Below are positions 1 to 8,578 of a stretch of 64,000 nucleotides of DNA, in pieces. This DNA is from Bacillota bacterium. GTDB lineage: Bacteria > Bacillota > Sulfobacillia > JAJZYS01 > JAJYTV01. How positions within the stretch are numbered: the first letter of the stretch is position 1; every line of letters begins with the position of its first letter. The translations under genes and the position numbers were made by a program. Where the stretch lies: NCBI GenBank assembly GCA_021793215.1, contig JAJYTE010000001.1, positions 18,329-82,328 on the forward strand. Direction: 5' to 3'. The notes below the pieces were generated by a model. That model had not been told where the DNA came from. It did no database searches and was given only the letters and a program-made list of their open reading frames with translations.

Positions 1-1046
1 GCCGAAGACTCGGCCGCGGGCAGCCTCCGGCACGAGCCGCTGCAGCATCGTAAGGAGGAGCGCGTTTCCGACGCCGTTCCCGAACCCCGCGACGAGCAGC
101 AGTCCGCCGGAGAGCCAGCTGGAGGCCGACGCGGCGAAGATGAGCGTGGCGAGCCCCTGTAGGCCAAACGCGATTGCGCTCGTCTGCCGCAGAGAGAGTT
201 TGCCGAGCGCACCAACGCTGAGGCCGCCGCCCACGAGCCCGACCGCCCAAGCTGCATCGATCAGCCCGTACGCAGCGGACCCCGCCTGAAGTGTGTGGTG
301 GATCCAGTAGGGCAGCATTGTGAACGCGACCATGAACGCGAAGTTGCCGACCACGATGAGCGGCAGAAGCGTCATGACGATGGGCAGGCGCCGCAGGACG
401 GCCATCCCCTCGCGCAGGCTGTCCGCGAAGCCCTGCGGCTGCGCGCCAGTGGACGCGGGCGCACCCGCGCGGCGGCGGGGGGCGAGCGTTCGCAGCATCA
501 GCGCGATGGCGAGCGCCGAGAGCCAGAAGGAGCCCATGTCGACGCCGAAGACGAGCGCGACGCCGACGGCGGAGATGGCGGCGCCCCCGATCGCGGAGCC
601 GACTGCACTCGAGATCTGCGACGTGAGGCTGTAGACCCCGTTCGCGGCGGAGAGGTCCTCGGTGCGGACGAGCAGTGGGATCAGCGTCGACTCCGCCGGA
701 GCGAAGAGAGCCGACCCAAGGCTGTTCACCGCGAGCAGCGCGATCACGGCCGGGATGAGTCCGCCTGGCAGTGCGAGCGCCGCGAGGCCGGCGAGCACCG
801 CAACTCCGCGCGCGATGTCGGTGTAGAGCATCAGTCGCCCTGGCCCGTGGCGGTCGACGAGGACGCCGCCCGCCAGCGCCAGCACCTGCGGGAGCATCAT
901 GGCGAGCCCCGCGCCGGCCAGCAGCTGCGGAGACCTCAGCTGGATCTCCCAAAGGCCCATGACCAGGAAGACGGCGTTCCCGAACTGCGAGAGGAGCTGA
1001 CCGGTCCAAACCGCGCGAAAGCCCGGGTACCGGCGAAGCGTGCCCA
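1..1046 (-). CDS. MFS transporter (EntS/MFS_1-like), C-terminus truncated by the window start
   Basis: Minus-strand translation from ATG at 1044-1046 gives MGTLRRYPGFRAVWTGQLLSQFGNAVFLVMGLWEIQLRSPQLLAGAGLAMMLPQVLALAGGVLVDRHGPGRL..., a multi-TM MFS pattern. The plus-strand ORF 295-1197 is its Arg-rich antisense shadow. Confidence 0.7.
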
Positions 1047-1244
1047 TGCGATCCCTCCTGCGGCCGCCTTGGGTACGTCCCCTGGCCTCGTCGAGCGTAC
1101 GTCGCGCGGTGCGGGGGGACATGGTTCTCAGGGCCAGGAGGGCCATTGGACCAGCGGACGATTCGTCGGGTCTGCGGCCCCGGGGGACTTTCCCTGACGG
1201 GGAAGGACGCGGCGCATGCGTCGTGCATATCACTATTCACAGAT

Positions 1245-1264
1245 GAGTTAGTCATAACTAACTC
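1245..1264. promoter_or_regulatory. Candidate DtxR/MntR-type operator, copy 1 (inverted repeat GAGTTAGTCA|TAACTAACTC)
   Basis: Near-perfect 20-bp palindrome with core TTAGTC-AT-AACTAA, 20 nt upstream of the dtxR-remnant ATG. It is shared with the site at 2852-2871, including the 5' flank CAGATGAGTTAG. Confidence 0.5.
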
Positions 1265-1284
1265 TCACGGAAGGAAGGACGAAG

Positions 1285-1416
1285 ATGGTCGGCTGTTCGG
1301 CCGAGAGCCTGCGTTTCCAACGCGGGGCCCGCCTCGCAGACATCCACCGCAACCAAGCTGTCGGCCAGCGCGTCCTTGCGCGCCAAGCGTTCTCGGTGGT
1401 GATCCGCGATGCGTGA
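1285..1416 (+). pseudogene. In-frame internal-deletion remnant of a duplicated dtxR gene (43 codons)
   Basis: Translation: MVGCSAESLRFQRGARLADIHRNQAVGQ RVLARQAFSVVIRDA*. The N-terminal 28 aa align to the DtxR N-terminus at 2889 (MVESPERNAPLSASREDYLADIYRIQAVGQ) and the last 15 aa to the DtxR C-terminus (VVGQRIARSLFVDRVVDDA). The stop overlaps the mntH1 start in ATGCGTGA, exactly as at 3574-3581. Confidence 0.6.
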
Positions 1417-2710
1417 CGCGGCGGCCCTTGCCCGTCCGCGCGGCCCGCAAGCCGCCGCGCGCGCCGCGCTCGACGGGCGGACGCGCGGACTGCGCGCGAT
1501 CCTCCCGTTCATCGGACCGGCGTTCATCGCGTCAGTGGCATACGTGGACCCCGGCAACTACGCGACCAACATTCAAAGCGGTGCCGAGTTCGGCTACAAC
1601 CTCCTCTGGGTCGTGGTGCTCGCGAACCTGATGGCGATGCTCTTCCAGAACCTCTCCGCGAAGCTCGGCATCGCGACCGGCCGCAATCTCCCTGAGATGT
1701 GCCGTACGGAGTTCTCGCGGCCCGTCGCGATCTCCATGTGGGCCGTCAGCGAGATGGCGGCGATGGCCACGGACCTCGCGGAGTTCCTCGGCGCGACGCT
1801 CGCGCTGAACCTCCTCCTGGGGATTCCACTCCTGCTCGCGACGCTCTTGACCGGAGCGATCACCTACGCCGTGCTGCTGCTCGACCGCTACGGCAGCCGT
1901 ATGCTCGAACTGGTGATCGGTGGACTCGTCGCTGTGATCGCGCTCTCCTACTTCGTCGAGACGGGACTCTCCCACCCCAACTGGGGCCTCGTCGCCTACC
2001 ACGCCGTCGTGCCTTGGCTGCATGGGCCGCGAAGTGTAATGCTTTCGGTCGGCATCATCGGCGCGACGATCATGCCGCATGCGGTGTACCTGCACTCGGG
2101 TCTCACCCAGGACCGCGTCGTGGGGAGGAACCCGTCGGAACGAAAGCGCATCTACCGCTTCCAGCTCGTCGATGTAGTGGTTGCGATGACGATCGCGGGC
2201 CTGATCAACATGGCGATGCTCTACATGTCGGCTTCCGTGTTCCACGTGGGACACTCCGGCATTGCGAGCATCCCCACCGCCTATCAAACCCTGATCCCGC
2301 TGCTGGGCGGGGCCTCCGCCTTCGTCTTCCTGGTCTCCCTGCTCGCCTCCGGCCTCTCGAGCTCGGCTGTTGGCACGATGGCGGGGCAGGTGATCATGCA
2401 GGGCTTCGTCGGCTTCAAGATCCCGGTCTGGGTCCGACGGGTCGTGACGATGGTGCCTACGGTGGTGATCGTCGCGCTGGGAGTCGATCCTACGCAGACA
2501 CTGATCATGAGCCAGGTGATCCTCAGCCTCGCGCTGCCGCTGCCGATGGTCGCGCTCGTCAAGTTCACCGCCCGCAAGGACATCATGGGAAACCTCGCGA
2601 ACTCGCGGCTCGTTTCCGCCGCGGCCGTCGCGTGCAGCGGGATCGTGCTGCTGCTGAACCTCGTGCTGATCTGTCAGACGTTCGGAGTGCCGCTTCCGCT
2701 GATCGGCTGA
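1409..2710 (+). CDS. mntH: Nramp-family divalent metal (Mn2+/Fe2+) transporter MntH, copy 1
   Basis: 433 aa with canonical Nramp motifs DPGNYATNIQSGAEFGY and GATIMPHAVYLHSG, and multiple TM segments. Paralogous to 3574-4881. Confidence 0.9.
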   Translation: MRDAAALARPRGPQAAARAALDGRTRGLRAILPFIGPAFIASVAYVDPGNYATNIQSGAEFGYNLLWVVVLANLMAMLFQNLSAKLGIATGRNLPEMCRTEFSRPVAISMWAVSEMAAMATDLAEFLGATLALNLLLGIPLLLATLLTGAITYAVLLLDRYGSRMLELVIGGLVAVIALSYFVETGLSHPNWGLVAYHAVVPWLHGPRSVMLSVGIIGATIMPHAVYLHSGLTQDRVVGRNPSERKRIYRFQLVDVVVAMTIAGLINMAMLYMSASVFHVGHSGIASIPTAYQTLIPLLGGASAFVFLVSLLASGLSSSAVGTMAGQVIMQGFVGFKIPVWVRRVVTMVPTVVIVALGVDPTQTLIMSQVILSLALPLPMVALVKFTARKDIMGNLANSRLVSAAAVACSGIVLLLNLVLICQTFGVPLPLIG

Positions 2711-2810
2711 TCCCCATGCCAGGCGCCGGGCGGCTCCTTCGGGAGTGTCCGGGGCCTGCCTGCGCAGAGCAGCGGGCGAGGCTTGTCACCGGAATCGTCC
2801 ACCCGGAGAG

Positions 2811-2840
2811 TTGACGCGGCGAAAACGTTGCCCTTATCAT
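2811..2840 (+). promoter_or_regulatory. Candidate sigma-A promoter for dtxR-mntH2 (-35 TTGACG, 18-nt spacer, -10 TATCAT)
   Basis: TTGACG at 2811-2816 and TATCAT at 2835-2840. The operator at 2852-2871 sits just downstream, as expected for a repressor site. Confidence 0.4.
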
Positions 2841-2851
2841 TACTAGCAGAT

Positions 2852-2871
2852 GAGTTAGACAAGACTAATTG
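2852..2871. promoter_or_regulatory. Candidate DtxR/MntR-type operator, copy 2 (GAGTTAGACA|AGACTAATTG)
   Basis: Imperfect inverted repeat with core TTAGAC-AA-GACTAA, 17 nt upstream of the dtxR TTG start and after the putative -10. Same architecture as 1245-1264. Confidence 0.5.
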
Positions 2872-2888
2872 CGCGAGGAGGGACGGCT

Positions 2889-3581
2889 TTGGTCGAGAGC
2901 CCGGAGAGGAACGCACCGCTCAGCGCGTCGCGCGAGGACTACCTCGCCGACATCTACCGCATTCAGGCGGTCGGACAGAGCGTGAACACGGGGGAAGTCG
3001 CCCAGCGCCTCGGCGTCTCGGCCGCATCCACCTCCGCGATGTTCAAGCGCCTCGCCCAGGAGGGCCTGGTGCACTACGAGTCCTACAACGGCGTCTGGCT
3101 GACGAAGAACGGGGAGCGCGCCGCGTCGCACATCGTCCGCCGCCACCGCGTGATCGAGCGCTTCCTCACGGACATGCTCGGCATCGGCTGGGAGCGCGTC
3201 GACGAGTTCGCGAACCGCATGGAGCACGCCTTCCCGGACGAGGTCGTGGAGGCGATCGAGCGCCTGCTGGGCGACCCCGACACCTGCCCGCACGGCTACC
3301 CGATCCCCGGTCTCGACGGCGAGACCGCGGCGCTCGCGGGCCTGCCGGCGGAGACGCTCGCGGCCGGCGACCACGCGGTGATCCGCCGCGTCGACGAGAC
3401 GGATCCGGAGCTTCTCCTGCACCTGCGCGAGCGCGGCCTGATGCCGGGCAAGGCGATCGCGGTGGTTGCAGTCAACCAGGTCGACGGCACCAGGACGCTG
3501 CGCACCGGGGATGGCACGCTGGTCGTCGGCCAGCGCATCGCCCGCTCCCTGTTCGTCGACCGAGTGGTCGACGATGCGTGA
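2889..3581 (+). CDS. DtxR-family metal-dependent repressor (IdeR/MntR type, with C-terminal SH3-like/FeoA domain)
   Basis: 230 aa with TTG start after SD GAGGAGGG. The N-terminal winged HTH reads ...SREDYLADIYRIQAVGQSVNTGEVAQRLGVSAASTSAMFKRLAQEGLV..., with metal-site region ...HIVRRHRVIERFL... and a C-terminal SH3-like tail. The stop overlaps the mntH2 start. Confidence 0.85.
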   Translation: MVESPERNAPLSASREDYLADIYRIQAVGQSVNTGEVAQRLGVSAASTSAMFKRLAQEGLVHYESYNGVWLTKNGERAASHIVRRHRVIERFLTDMLGIGWERVDEFANRMEHAFPDEVVEAIERLLGDPDTCPHGYPIPGLDGETAALAGLPAETLAAGDHAVIRRVDETDPELLLHLRERGLMPGKAIAVVAVNQVDGTRTLRTGDGTLVVGQRIARSLFVDRVVDDA

Positions 3582-4881
3582 CGAGTCGAAAGCGCCAGGA
3601 TCGTCCCAAGGGAACATGCGGTCAGCCGCGAGGGATGCGCTAGAAGGCCGCCGGCGCGGCCTGCGGGCGCTGCTGCCCTTCATCGGGCCCGCCTTCATCG
3701 CATCCGTCGCGTACATCGACCCGGGCAACTACGCCACGAACATCCAGAGCGGCGCGGAGTTCGGCTACAGACTGCTCTGGGTCGTCCTGCTCGCGAACCT
3801 GATGGCCATGCTGTTCCAGAGCCTCTCCGCGAAGCTCGGCATCGCGACGGGCCGCAACCTGCCCGAACTCTGCCGCACGGAGTTCTCAAGGCCCGCCGCG
3901 CTCTCCATGTGGGTCGTGAGCGAGATCGCGGCGATGGCCACGGACCTCGCGGAGTTCCTCGGCGCCACGCTGGCGCTGAACCTTCTGTTCGGCGTCCCGC
4001 TCCTGATCGGAGCGATCGTCACCGGCGTGATCACCTACGCCCTCCTGGCGCTCGACCGCTACGGCGGACGCATCCTCGAGGTCGTGATCGGGGCGCTGGT
4101 CGGCGTGATCGCCGTGAGCTACCTCGTCGAGACGACGCTGTCGCACCCGAACTGGGGCCTCGTCGCCTACCACACGGTCGTACCGTGGCTGCACGGTCCG
4201 GAAAGCGTCCTGCTGACGGTCGGCATCATCGGCGCGACGATCATGCCGCACGCCGTGTACCTGCACTCCGGCCTGACGCAGGATCGCATCGTCGGTCGCG
4301 ACGCCGGGGAGCGCAAGCGCATCTTCCGGTTCGAACTGGTGGACGTCGTGATCGCGATGACGGTCGCAGGCCTCATTAACATGGCGATGCTCTACATGGC
4401 CGCGTCGGTCTTCCACATCGGCCACTCCGGCGTCGCGGACATCACCACCGCCTACCGCACGCTGATCCCGCTGCTGGGCGGCGCTGCCGCGTTCGTCTTC
4501 CTCGTCTCCCTGCTCGCGTCGGGGCTATCGAGTTCCGCCGTCGGCACGATGGCGGGGCAGGTCATCATGCAGGGGTTCGTCGGCTTCAGCATCCCGGTCT
4601 GGGTTCGCCGGGTCGCCACGATGCTGCCGACGATCATCGTGGTGGCGATCGGCGTGGACCCGACCCGCACGCTGGTGATCAGCCAGGTGGTGCTGAGCCT
4701 TGCGCTGCCGCTGCCGCTGATCGCCCTCGTACGGCTGACGGCGCGCCGGGACCTCATGGGGACCCTCGTGAACTCGAGGCTCGTCTCGACGCTCGCCGTC
4801 GTGTGCACGGCCATCGTGCTGCTGCTGAACGTCGTGCTGCTGGCGCAGACGGCCGGCCTGCGAATCCCGCTGGTCGGCTAA
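3574..4881 (+). CDS. mntH: Nramp-family divalent metal transporter MntH, copy 2
   Basis: ATG at 3574 (MRDESKAPGSS...) overlaps the dtxR stop. Motifs DPGNYATNIQSGAEFGY and GATIMPHAVYLHSG are present. The track ORF start at 3466 is an upstream extension running through dtxR. Confidence 0.9.
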   Translation: MRDESKAPGSSQGNMRSAARDALEGRRRGLRALLPFIGPAFIASVAYIDPGNYATNIQSGAEFGYRLLWVVLLANLMAMLFQSLSAKLGIATGRNLPELCRTEFSRPAALSMWVVSEIAAMATDLAEFLGATLALNLLFGVPLLIGAIVTGVITYALLALDRYGGRILEVVIGALVGVIAVSYLVETTLSHPNWGLVAYHTVVPWLHGPESVLLTVGIIGATIMPHAVYLHSGLTQDRIVGRDAGERKRIFRFELVDVVIAMTVAGLINMAMLYMAASVFHIGHSGVADITTAYRTLIPLLGGAAAFVFLVSLLASGLSSSAVGTMAGQVIMQGFVGFSIPVWVRRVATMLPTIIVVAIGVDPTRTLVISQVVLSLALPLPLIALVRLTARRDLMGTLVNSRLVSTLAVVCTAIVLLLNVVLLAQTAGLRIPLVG

Positions 4882-4951
4882 GCAGCCTCCGACATTTCGG
4901 GGCGGCGCGGCAGGATTCCGGCGGGGCCGGCGTCGAAGTGATTAAGTCATA

Positions 4952-4967
4952 GACCGACCGGTCGGTC
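4952..4967. promoter_or_regulatory. Perfect 16-bp palindrome GACCGACCGGTCGGTC, candidate operator upstream of the acyl-CoA dehydrogenase cluster
   Basis: Exact reverse-complement symmetry, 29 nt upstream of the acd start. An unusually AT-rich TGATTAAGTCATA (4938-4950) immediately precedes it and may be the -10 region. Confidence 0.4.
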
Positions 4968-4996
4968 GGACAGGACCAAGACAAGGGGGCCGTCGC

Positions 4997-6172
4997 ATGG
5001 ATTTCCGCCTGAGCCCGGAGCAGAAGATGATCCTCGAGACCGTGCGCTCGTTCGTGCAGTCGGAGTTGATGCCGCTCGAAGCCGAGATGCAGGAGGCCGA
5101 ACTGGCCGGTCATGGCAACGAGTACCCGGACCTCGAGACCGTGGACCGTCTTCAGGCGAAGGCGCGGGAGTTCGGCCTTTGGGGCATCACGACGCCGGAG
5201 GAGTACGGCGGCACCGATCTCGGCACGCAGATGGCCGCGCTGATCAGCATGGAGCTCGCGCACTGCCTCGTGCCGTTCCAGCTCGGCGGCTACGCTGACA
5301 ACATCCTGTTCCACGCGAACGAGGAGCAGAAGAAGGAGTACCTGCTCCCGACGATCGAGGGGCAGCGCCGCTCCTGCTTCGCGATCACGGAGCCCACCGC
5401 GGGTTCCGACGCCACGAACATCCGCATGTCCGCCGTGCAGGAGCCGGGCGGCGACTGGATCCTGAACGGCGAGAAGATCTTCATCACGCGCGGCAACGAG
5501 GCGGACTTCGCGATCGTCTTCGCGGTCACGGACAAGGAGAAGGGCGCGCGCGGCGGGATCACCGGGTTCCTCGTCGACCGGTCGATGGGCTGGACCTCCC
5601 GCTACATCCCGACGATGGGATCGTGGGGACCTGCGCGCCTCAGCTTCCAGAACGTGCGCGTGCCCGCGCGCAACGTGCTCGGCGAGGTGGGGCAGGGCTT
5701 CCCTCTCGCAATGCAGTGGATCGGCAACGGGCGCGTCCTCATCCCGGCGCGGGCCGTAGGCCAGGCGGAGCGACTCCTGCAGATCGGCCTCGACTACGCG
5801 GAGCAGCGCGTCGCCTTCGGCCACCCGATCGCCGACTACCAGGCGATCCAATGGATGCTCGCCGACTCCGCGATCGAGATCAACGCGACGCGCCTTCTGG
5901 TGATGCACGCGGCCTGGAAGCAGGACGAGGGGCTCGACAACCGGCACGAGGCCTCGATCGCGAAGTACGCCGGGGCGCAGACGGCGAACCGCGTCGCGGA
6001 CCGCGTCGTGCAGATCCACGGCGGCATGGGCTACACGAAGGAGCTGCCGATCGAGCGGCTCTACCGCGACGTGCGCCTCTACCGCATCTACGAGGGTACC
6101 GACGAGATCCAGAAGCGCTCGATCGCGCGCAACCTCTTGCGCGGCAGCGTGCGGATCGGGGAGTGGGACTGA
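4997..6172 (+). CDS. Acyl-CoA dehydrogenase
   Basis: 391 aa, MDFRLSPEQKMILETVRSFVQSELMPLEAEMQ...; typical ACAD N-terminal, middle and C-terminal regions including ...IHGGMGYTKELPIERLYRDVRLYRIYEGTDEIQ. Confidence 0.9.
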   Translation: MDFRLSPEQKMILETVRSFVQSELMPLEAEMQEAELAGHGNEYPDLETVDRLQAKAREFGLWGITTPEEYGGTDLGTQMAALISMELAHCLVPFQLGGYADNILFHANEEQKKEYLLPTIEGQRRSCFAITEPTAGSDATNIRMSAVQEPGGDWILNGEKIFITRGNEADFAIVFAVTDKEKGARGGITGFLVDRSMGWTSRYIPTMGSWGPARLSFQNVRVPARNVLGEVGQGFPLAMQWIGNGRVLIPARAVGQAERLLQIGLDYAEQRVAFGHPIADYQAIQWMLADSAIEINATRLLVMHAAWKQDEGLDNRHEASIAKYAGAQTANRVADRVVQIHGGMGYTKELPIERLYRDVRLYRIYEGTDEIQKRSIARNLLRGSVRIGEWD

Positions 6173-6173
6173 G

Positions 6174-6569
6174 ATGCATGGGGACCCTTCCGTGATCGGG
6201 CGGGAGTCGCCGCCGACGGTCTTCGAGGTAGAGCGCGGCGCGATCGGCAAGTTCGCCGCCGCGATCGGCGACGAGACCCCGGAGTACCTTGCGGGCGAGA
6301 TCGCGCCGCCCACCTTCCCCACGACCTTCCGCGCCCCGCTCCCGGAGCTCGCCCTCGACCTGAGCCGGGTGTTGCACGGCGAGGAGGAGTACACGTACGA
6401 GCGTCCGATCCGCCAGGGCGACGTGCTCTCCGTGACGCGCCGCATCGAGGACTGCTACACGCGGCAGGGGAGCCTCGGCGAGATGACGTTCTACGTCGTC
6501 TCCGCGGAGGGGCGGGATCCTCAGGGCGCGCTCGTCTACCGCAGCCGGACGACGATCATCTACCGCTAG
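6174..6569 (+). CDS. MaoC-like hotdog protein, N-terminal half type (HadA/FAS1-dehydratase-like)
   Basis: 131 aa following acd with 1-nt spacing; hotdog-fold pattern. It precedes the MaoC dehydratase partner gene. Confidence 0.55.
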   Translation: MHGDPSVIGRESPPTVFEVERGAIGKFAAAIGDETPEYLAGEIAPPTFPTTFRAPLPELALDLSRVLHGEEEYTYERPIRQGDVLSVTRRIEDCYTRQGSLGEMTFYVVSAEGRDPQGALVYRSRTTIIYR

Positions 6570-6580
6570 GGGGCGAAGGG

Positions 6581-6982
6581 GTGGACGCGAGGGAATTCCG
6601 AGAGGGCGAGGAGCTCCGGGTGCTCGTCAAGGAACCGATCACGAAGGTGCAGCTCCTGCGCTACGCCGGCGCCTCGGGCGACGACAACCTGATCCATGTG
6701 GACTCCGACACGGCGCGCGCCGTGGGACTCGACGGGGTGATCGCCCATGGAATGCTGTCCATGGGCTTCCTCGGCCAGTACGTCGCCTCCCTTGCGGGGC
6801 CGGCGGCCGTACGGCGCCTTCGGGTACGCTTCTCGGGCATGGTGCGCCCGGGAGACGTGCTGACCTGCCGCGGCGTCGTCAAGGAGACGCGCGATGGGAT
6901 CGCCCACCTCGAGGTGTGGGCGGAGAACCAGCGCGGCGAGCGCGTGACGCACGGGGACGCAGAGCTCCTCGCCAGGGCCTGA
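6581..6982 (+). CDS. MaoC-like (R)-specific enoyl-CoA hydratase/dehydratase
   Basis: 133 aa, ...QLLRYAGASGDDNLIHVDSDTARAVGLDGVIAHGMLSMGF..., the MaoC dehydratase signature. Confidence 0.7.
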   Translation: MDAREFREGEELRVLVKEPITKVQLLRYAGASGDDNLIHVDSDTARAVGLDGVIAHGMLSMGFLGQYVASLAGPAAVRRLRVRFSGMVRPGDVLTCRGVVKETRDGIAHLEVWAENQRGERVTHGDAELLARA

Positions 6983-6985
6983 ACG

Positions 6986-7765
6986 ATGGGAAGGGGTGCG
7001 ATCAAGATGCAGCTGCAAGATCGGGTTGCGCTGGTCACCGGCGGCGGGCGTGGCATCGGGGCGAGCACCGCGGCGATCCTCGCCGCGCACGGCGCGGCCG
7101 TCGCCGTGACGGACCTTGACCTCGAGCCGGCGGAGGAGACGGCCGAGGCGATCCGCTCCGCAGGGGGGCGCGCGATCGCGCTCGCCTGCGACGTCGCGAA
7201 CAAGGACAGCGTGGACGCGGTGTTCGAGCGAACGGCGAAGGAGTTCTCCCGCATCGACATCCTCTACGCGAGCGCCGGGATCACGCGCGACAACCTCGTG
7301 CACAAGCTGTCGGAGGAGGACTGGGACGCCGTCATCGCGACCCACCTCAAGGGCTCGTTCCTCTCGGTGCAGGCGGCGCAGCGCCACATGGTGGCCCAGC
7401 GCTACGGCAAGATCGTACTCACGTCGTCGACCTCCGCGCTGGGCAACCGCGGCCAAGCGAACTACGCGACCGTGAAGGCCGGGATCCAGGGGCTGACGAA
7501 GACGCTCGCGATCGAGCTCGGACCGTTCGGCATCAACGTGAACGCCGTCGCTCCGGGGTTCATCGAGACGCGCATGACGCGCGCGACCGCCGAGCGCATG
7601 GGCGTCGACTTCGAGCAGATGAAGGCCGCCGCCGCGCAGGGGATCCCCCTGCGGCGCGTCGGGCAGCCCCAGGACGTCGGGCACGTCGTCGCGTTCCTCT
7701 GCAGCGACGAGGCGAGCTTCGTCTCGGGACAGGTGATCTACGTCGCCGGTGGACCGAAGGCTTGA
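6986..7765 (+). CDS. SDR family oxidoreductase (FabG-like 3-oxoacyl/3-hydroxyacyl reductase)
   Basis: Rossmann TGGGRGIG, catalytic YATVKAG (YxxxK) and NNAG-like region. An alternative start is M at 7007 (MQLQDRVALVTGG). Confidence 0.85.
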   Translation: MGRGAIKMQLQDRVALVTGGGRGIGASTAAILAAHGAAVAVTDLDLEPAEETAEAIRSAGGRAIALACDVANKDSVDAVFERTAKEFSRIDILYASAGITRDNLVHKLSEEDWDAVIATHLKGSFLSVQAAQRHMVAQRYGKIVLTSSTSALGNRGQANYATVKAGIQGLTKTLAIELGPFGINVNAVAPGFIETRMTRATAERMGVDFEQMKAAAAQGIPLRRVGQPQDVGHVVAFLCSDEASFVSGQVIYVAGGPKA

Positions 7766-7778
7766 AGGGAGGAGCGAA

Positions 7779-8567
7779 GTGCACGTCGTCGTCCTGCTGA
7801 AGCAAGTGCTGGACCCGGAGATCCCCCAGAAGGCGTTCGATGTCGATCCCGTGCGCAAGGTGCCCAAGGTGGAGCGGGCGCCGCAGGTCCTGAGCATCTT
7901 CGACGGCAATGCGCTCGAGCTGGCGCTGCGGCTTAGGGAGGCGCGCGGGGACGCCACGATCACGGCGCTGACGCTCGGCGTGGAGCGCGCCGATGAGGTG
8001 CTCCGCAAGGCGCTCGCGCTGACCTGCGATGCGGCCGTGCGCGTGGGCGCGGATCCCGAGGCGCTCGACTCGCGCCAGAAGGCGCGCCTCTTGGCCGCGG
8101 CGATCCGTACGCTCGAACCGCCGGATCTCGTTCTGGCAGGTCGTCAGGCCGCGGACTGGGAGGCGGGGCAGGTCGGTGCGATGGTCGCCGAGGAGCTCTC
8201 GCTCCCGTGCGTCCCGTTCGTCTCACGCGTCGAGGCCGCCGAGGATCCCCTGACCGTGCGCCAGCAGCTCGAGAGCGGCTACGCCGTGGTGCGCCTCGGG
8301 GGACCTTCGGTCTGCACGGTGACGAACGACGAGACGAACGTGCTGCGCGCCGCGAAGGTGAAGGACGTGATGGCGGCGGGCCGCAAGCCGCTGCGGGTGA
8401 TCGCGCCGGAGGAGATCGGCGGCATCTCCGGGCTTGGCCCGGCCGTCGAGCTTCTGGCGCTGGAGCTGCCGGCGAAGCGCACGGGCGCGGAGATGGTCGA
8501 TGCCGGGTCGGCCGAGGAAAGTGCGCGCGCCCTGGCGCGGCGGCTGCGCGAACTCGGCGCGATCTGA
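7779..8567 (+). CDS. etfB: Electron transfer flavoprotein beta subunit
   Basis: GTG start after GGGAGG gives VHVVVLLKQVLDPEIPQKAFDVDPVRKVPKVERAPQVLSIFDGNALELALRL..., the typical EtfB N-terminus. The track start at 7749 is an upstream extension. Confidence 0.85.
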   Translation: MHVVVLLKQVLDPEIPQKAFDVDPVRKVPKVERAPQVLSIFDGNALELALRLREARGDATITALTLGVERADEVLRKALALTCDAAVRVGADPEALDSRQKARLLAAAIRTLEPPDLVLAGRQAADWEAGQVGAMVAEELSLPCVPFVSRVEAAEDPLTVRQQLESGYAVVRLGGPSVCTVTNDETNVLRAAKVKDVMAAGRKPLRVIAPEEIGGISGLGPAVELLALELPAKRTGAEMVDAGSAEESARALARRLRELGAI

Positions 8568-8578
8568 GAGGGGAGGCG

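Noticed and set aside
295-1197. 300-aa plus-strand ORF rich in Arg, Asp and His
   Set aside because: It is the antisense shadow of the minus-strand MFS transporter (1-1046). Its composition is typical of non-coding frames in high-GC DNA and it has no motif content.
3466-3573. Upstream extension of the mntH2 ORF overlapping dtxR by 116 nt
   Set aside because: The Nramp homology only begins at M37 (MRDESK...). ATG 3574 overlaps the dtxR stop in the same ATGCGTGA arrangement seen at mntH1.
4754-6445. 563-aa minus-strand ORF
   Set aside because: It lies entirely antisense to the well-supported acyl-CoA dehydrogenase and hotdog genes. Arg/Ala/Pro-rich low-complexity translation.
6566-8008. 480-aa minus-strand ORF
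   Set aside because: Antisense to the MaoC, SDR and etfB genes. No domain signatures.
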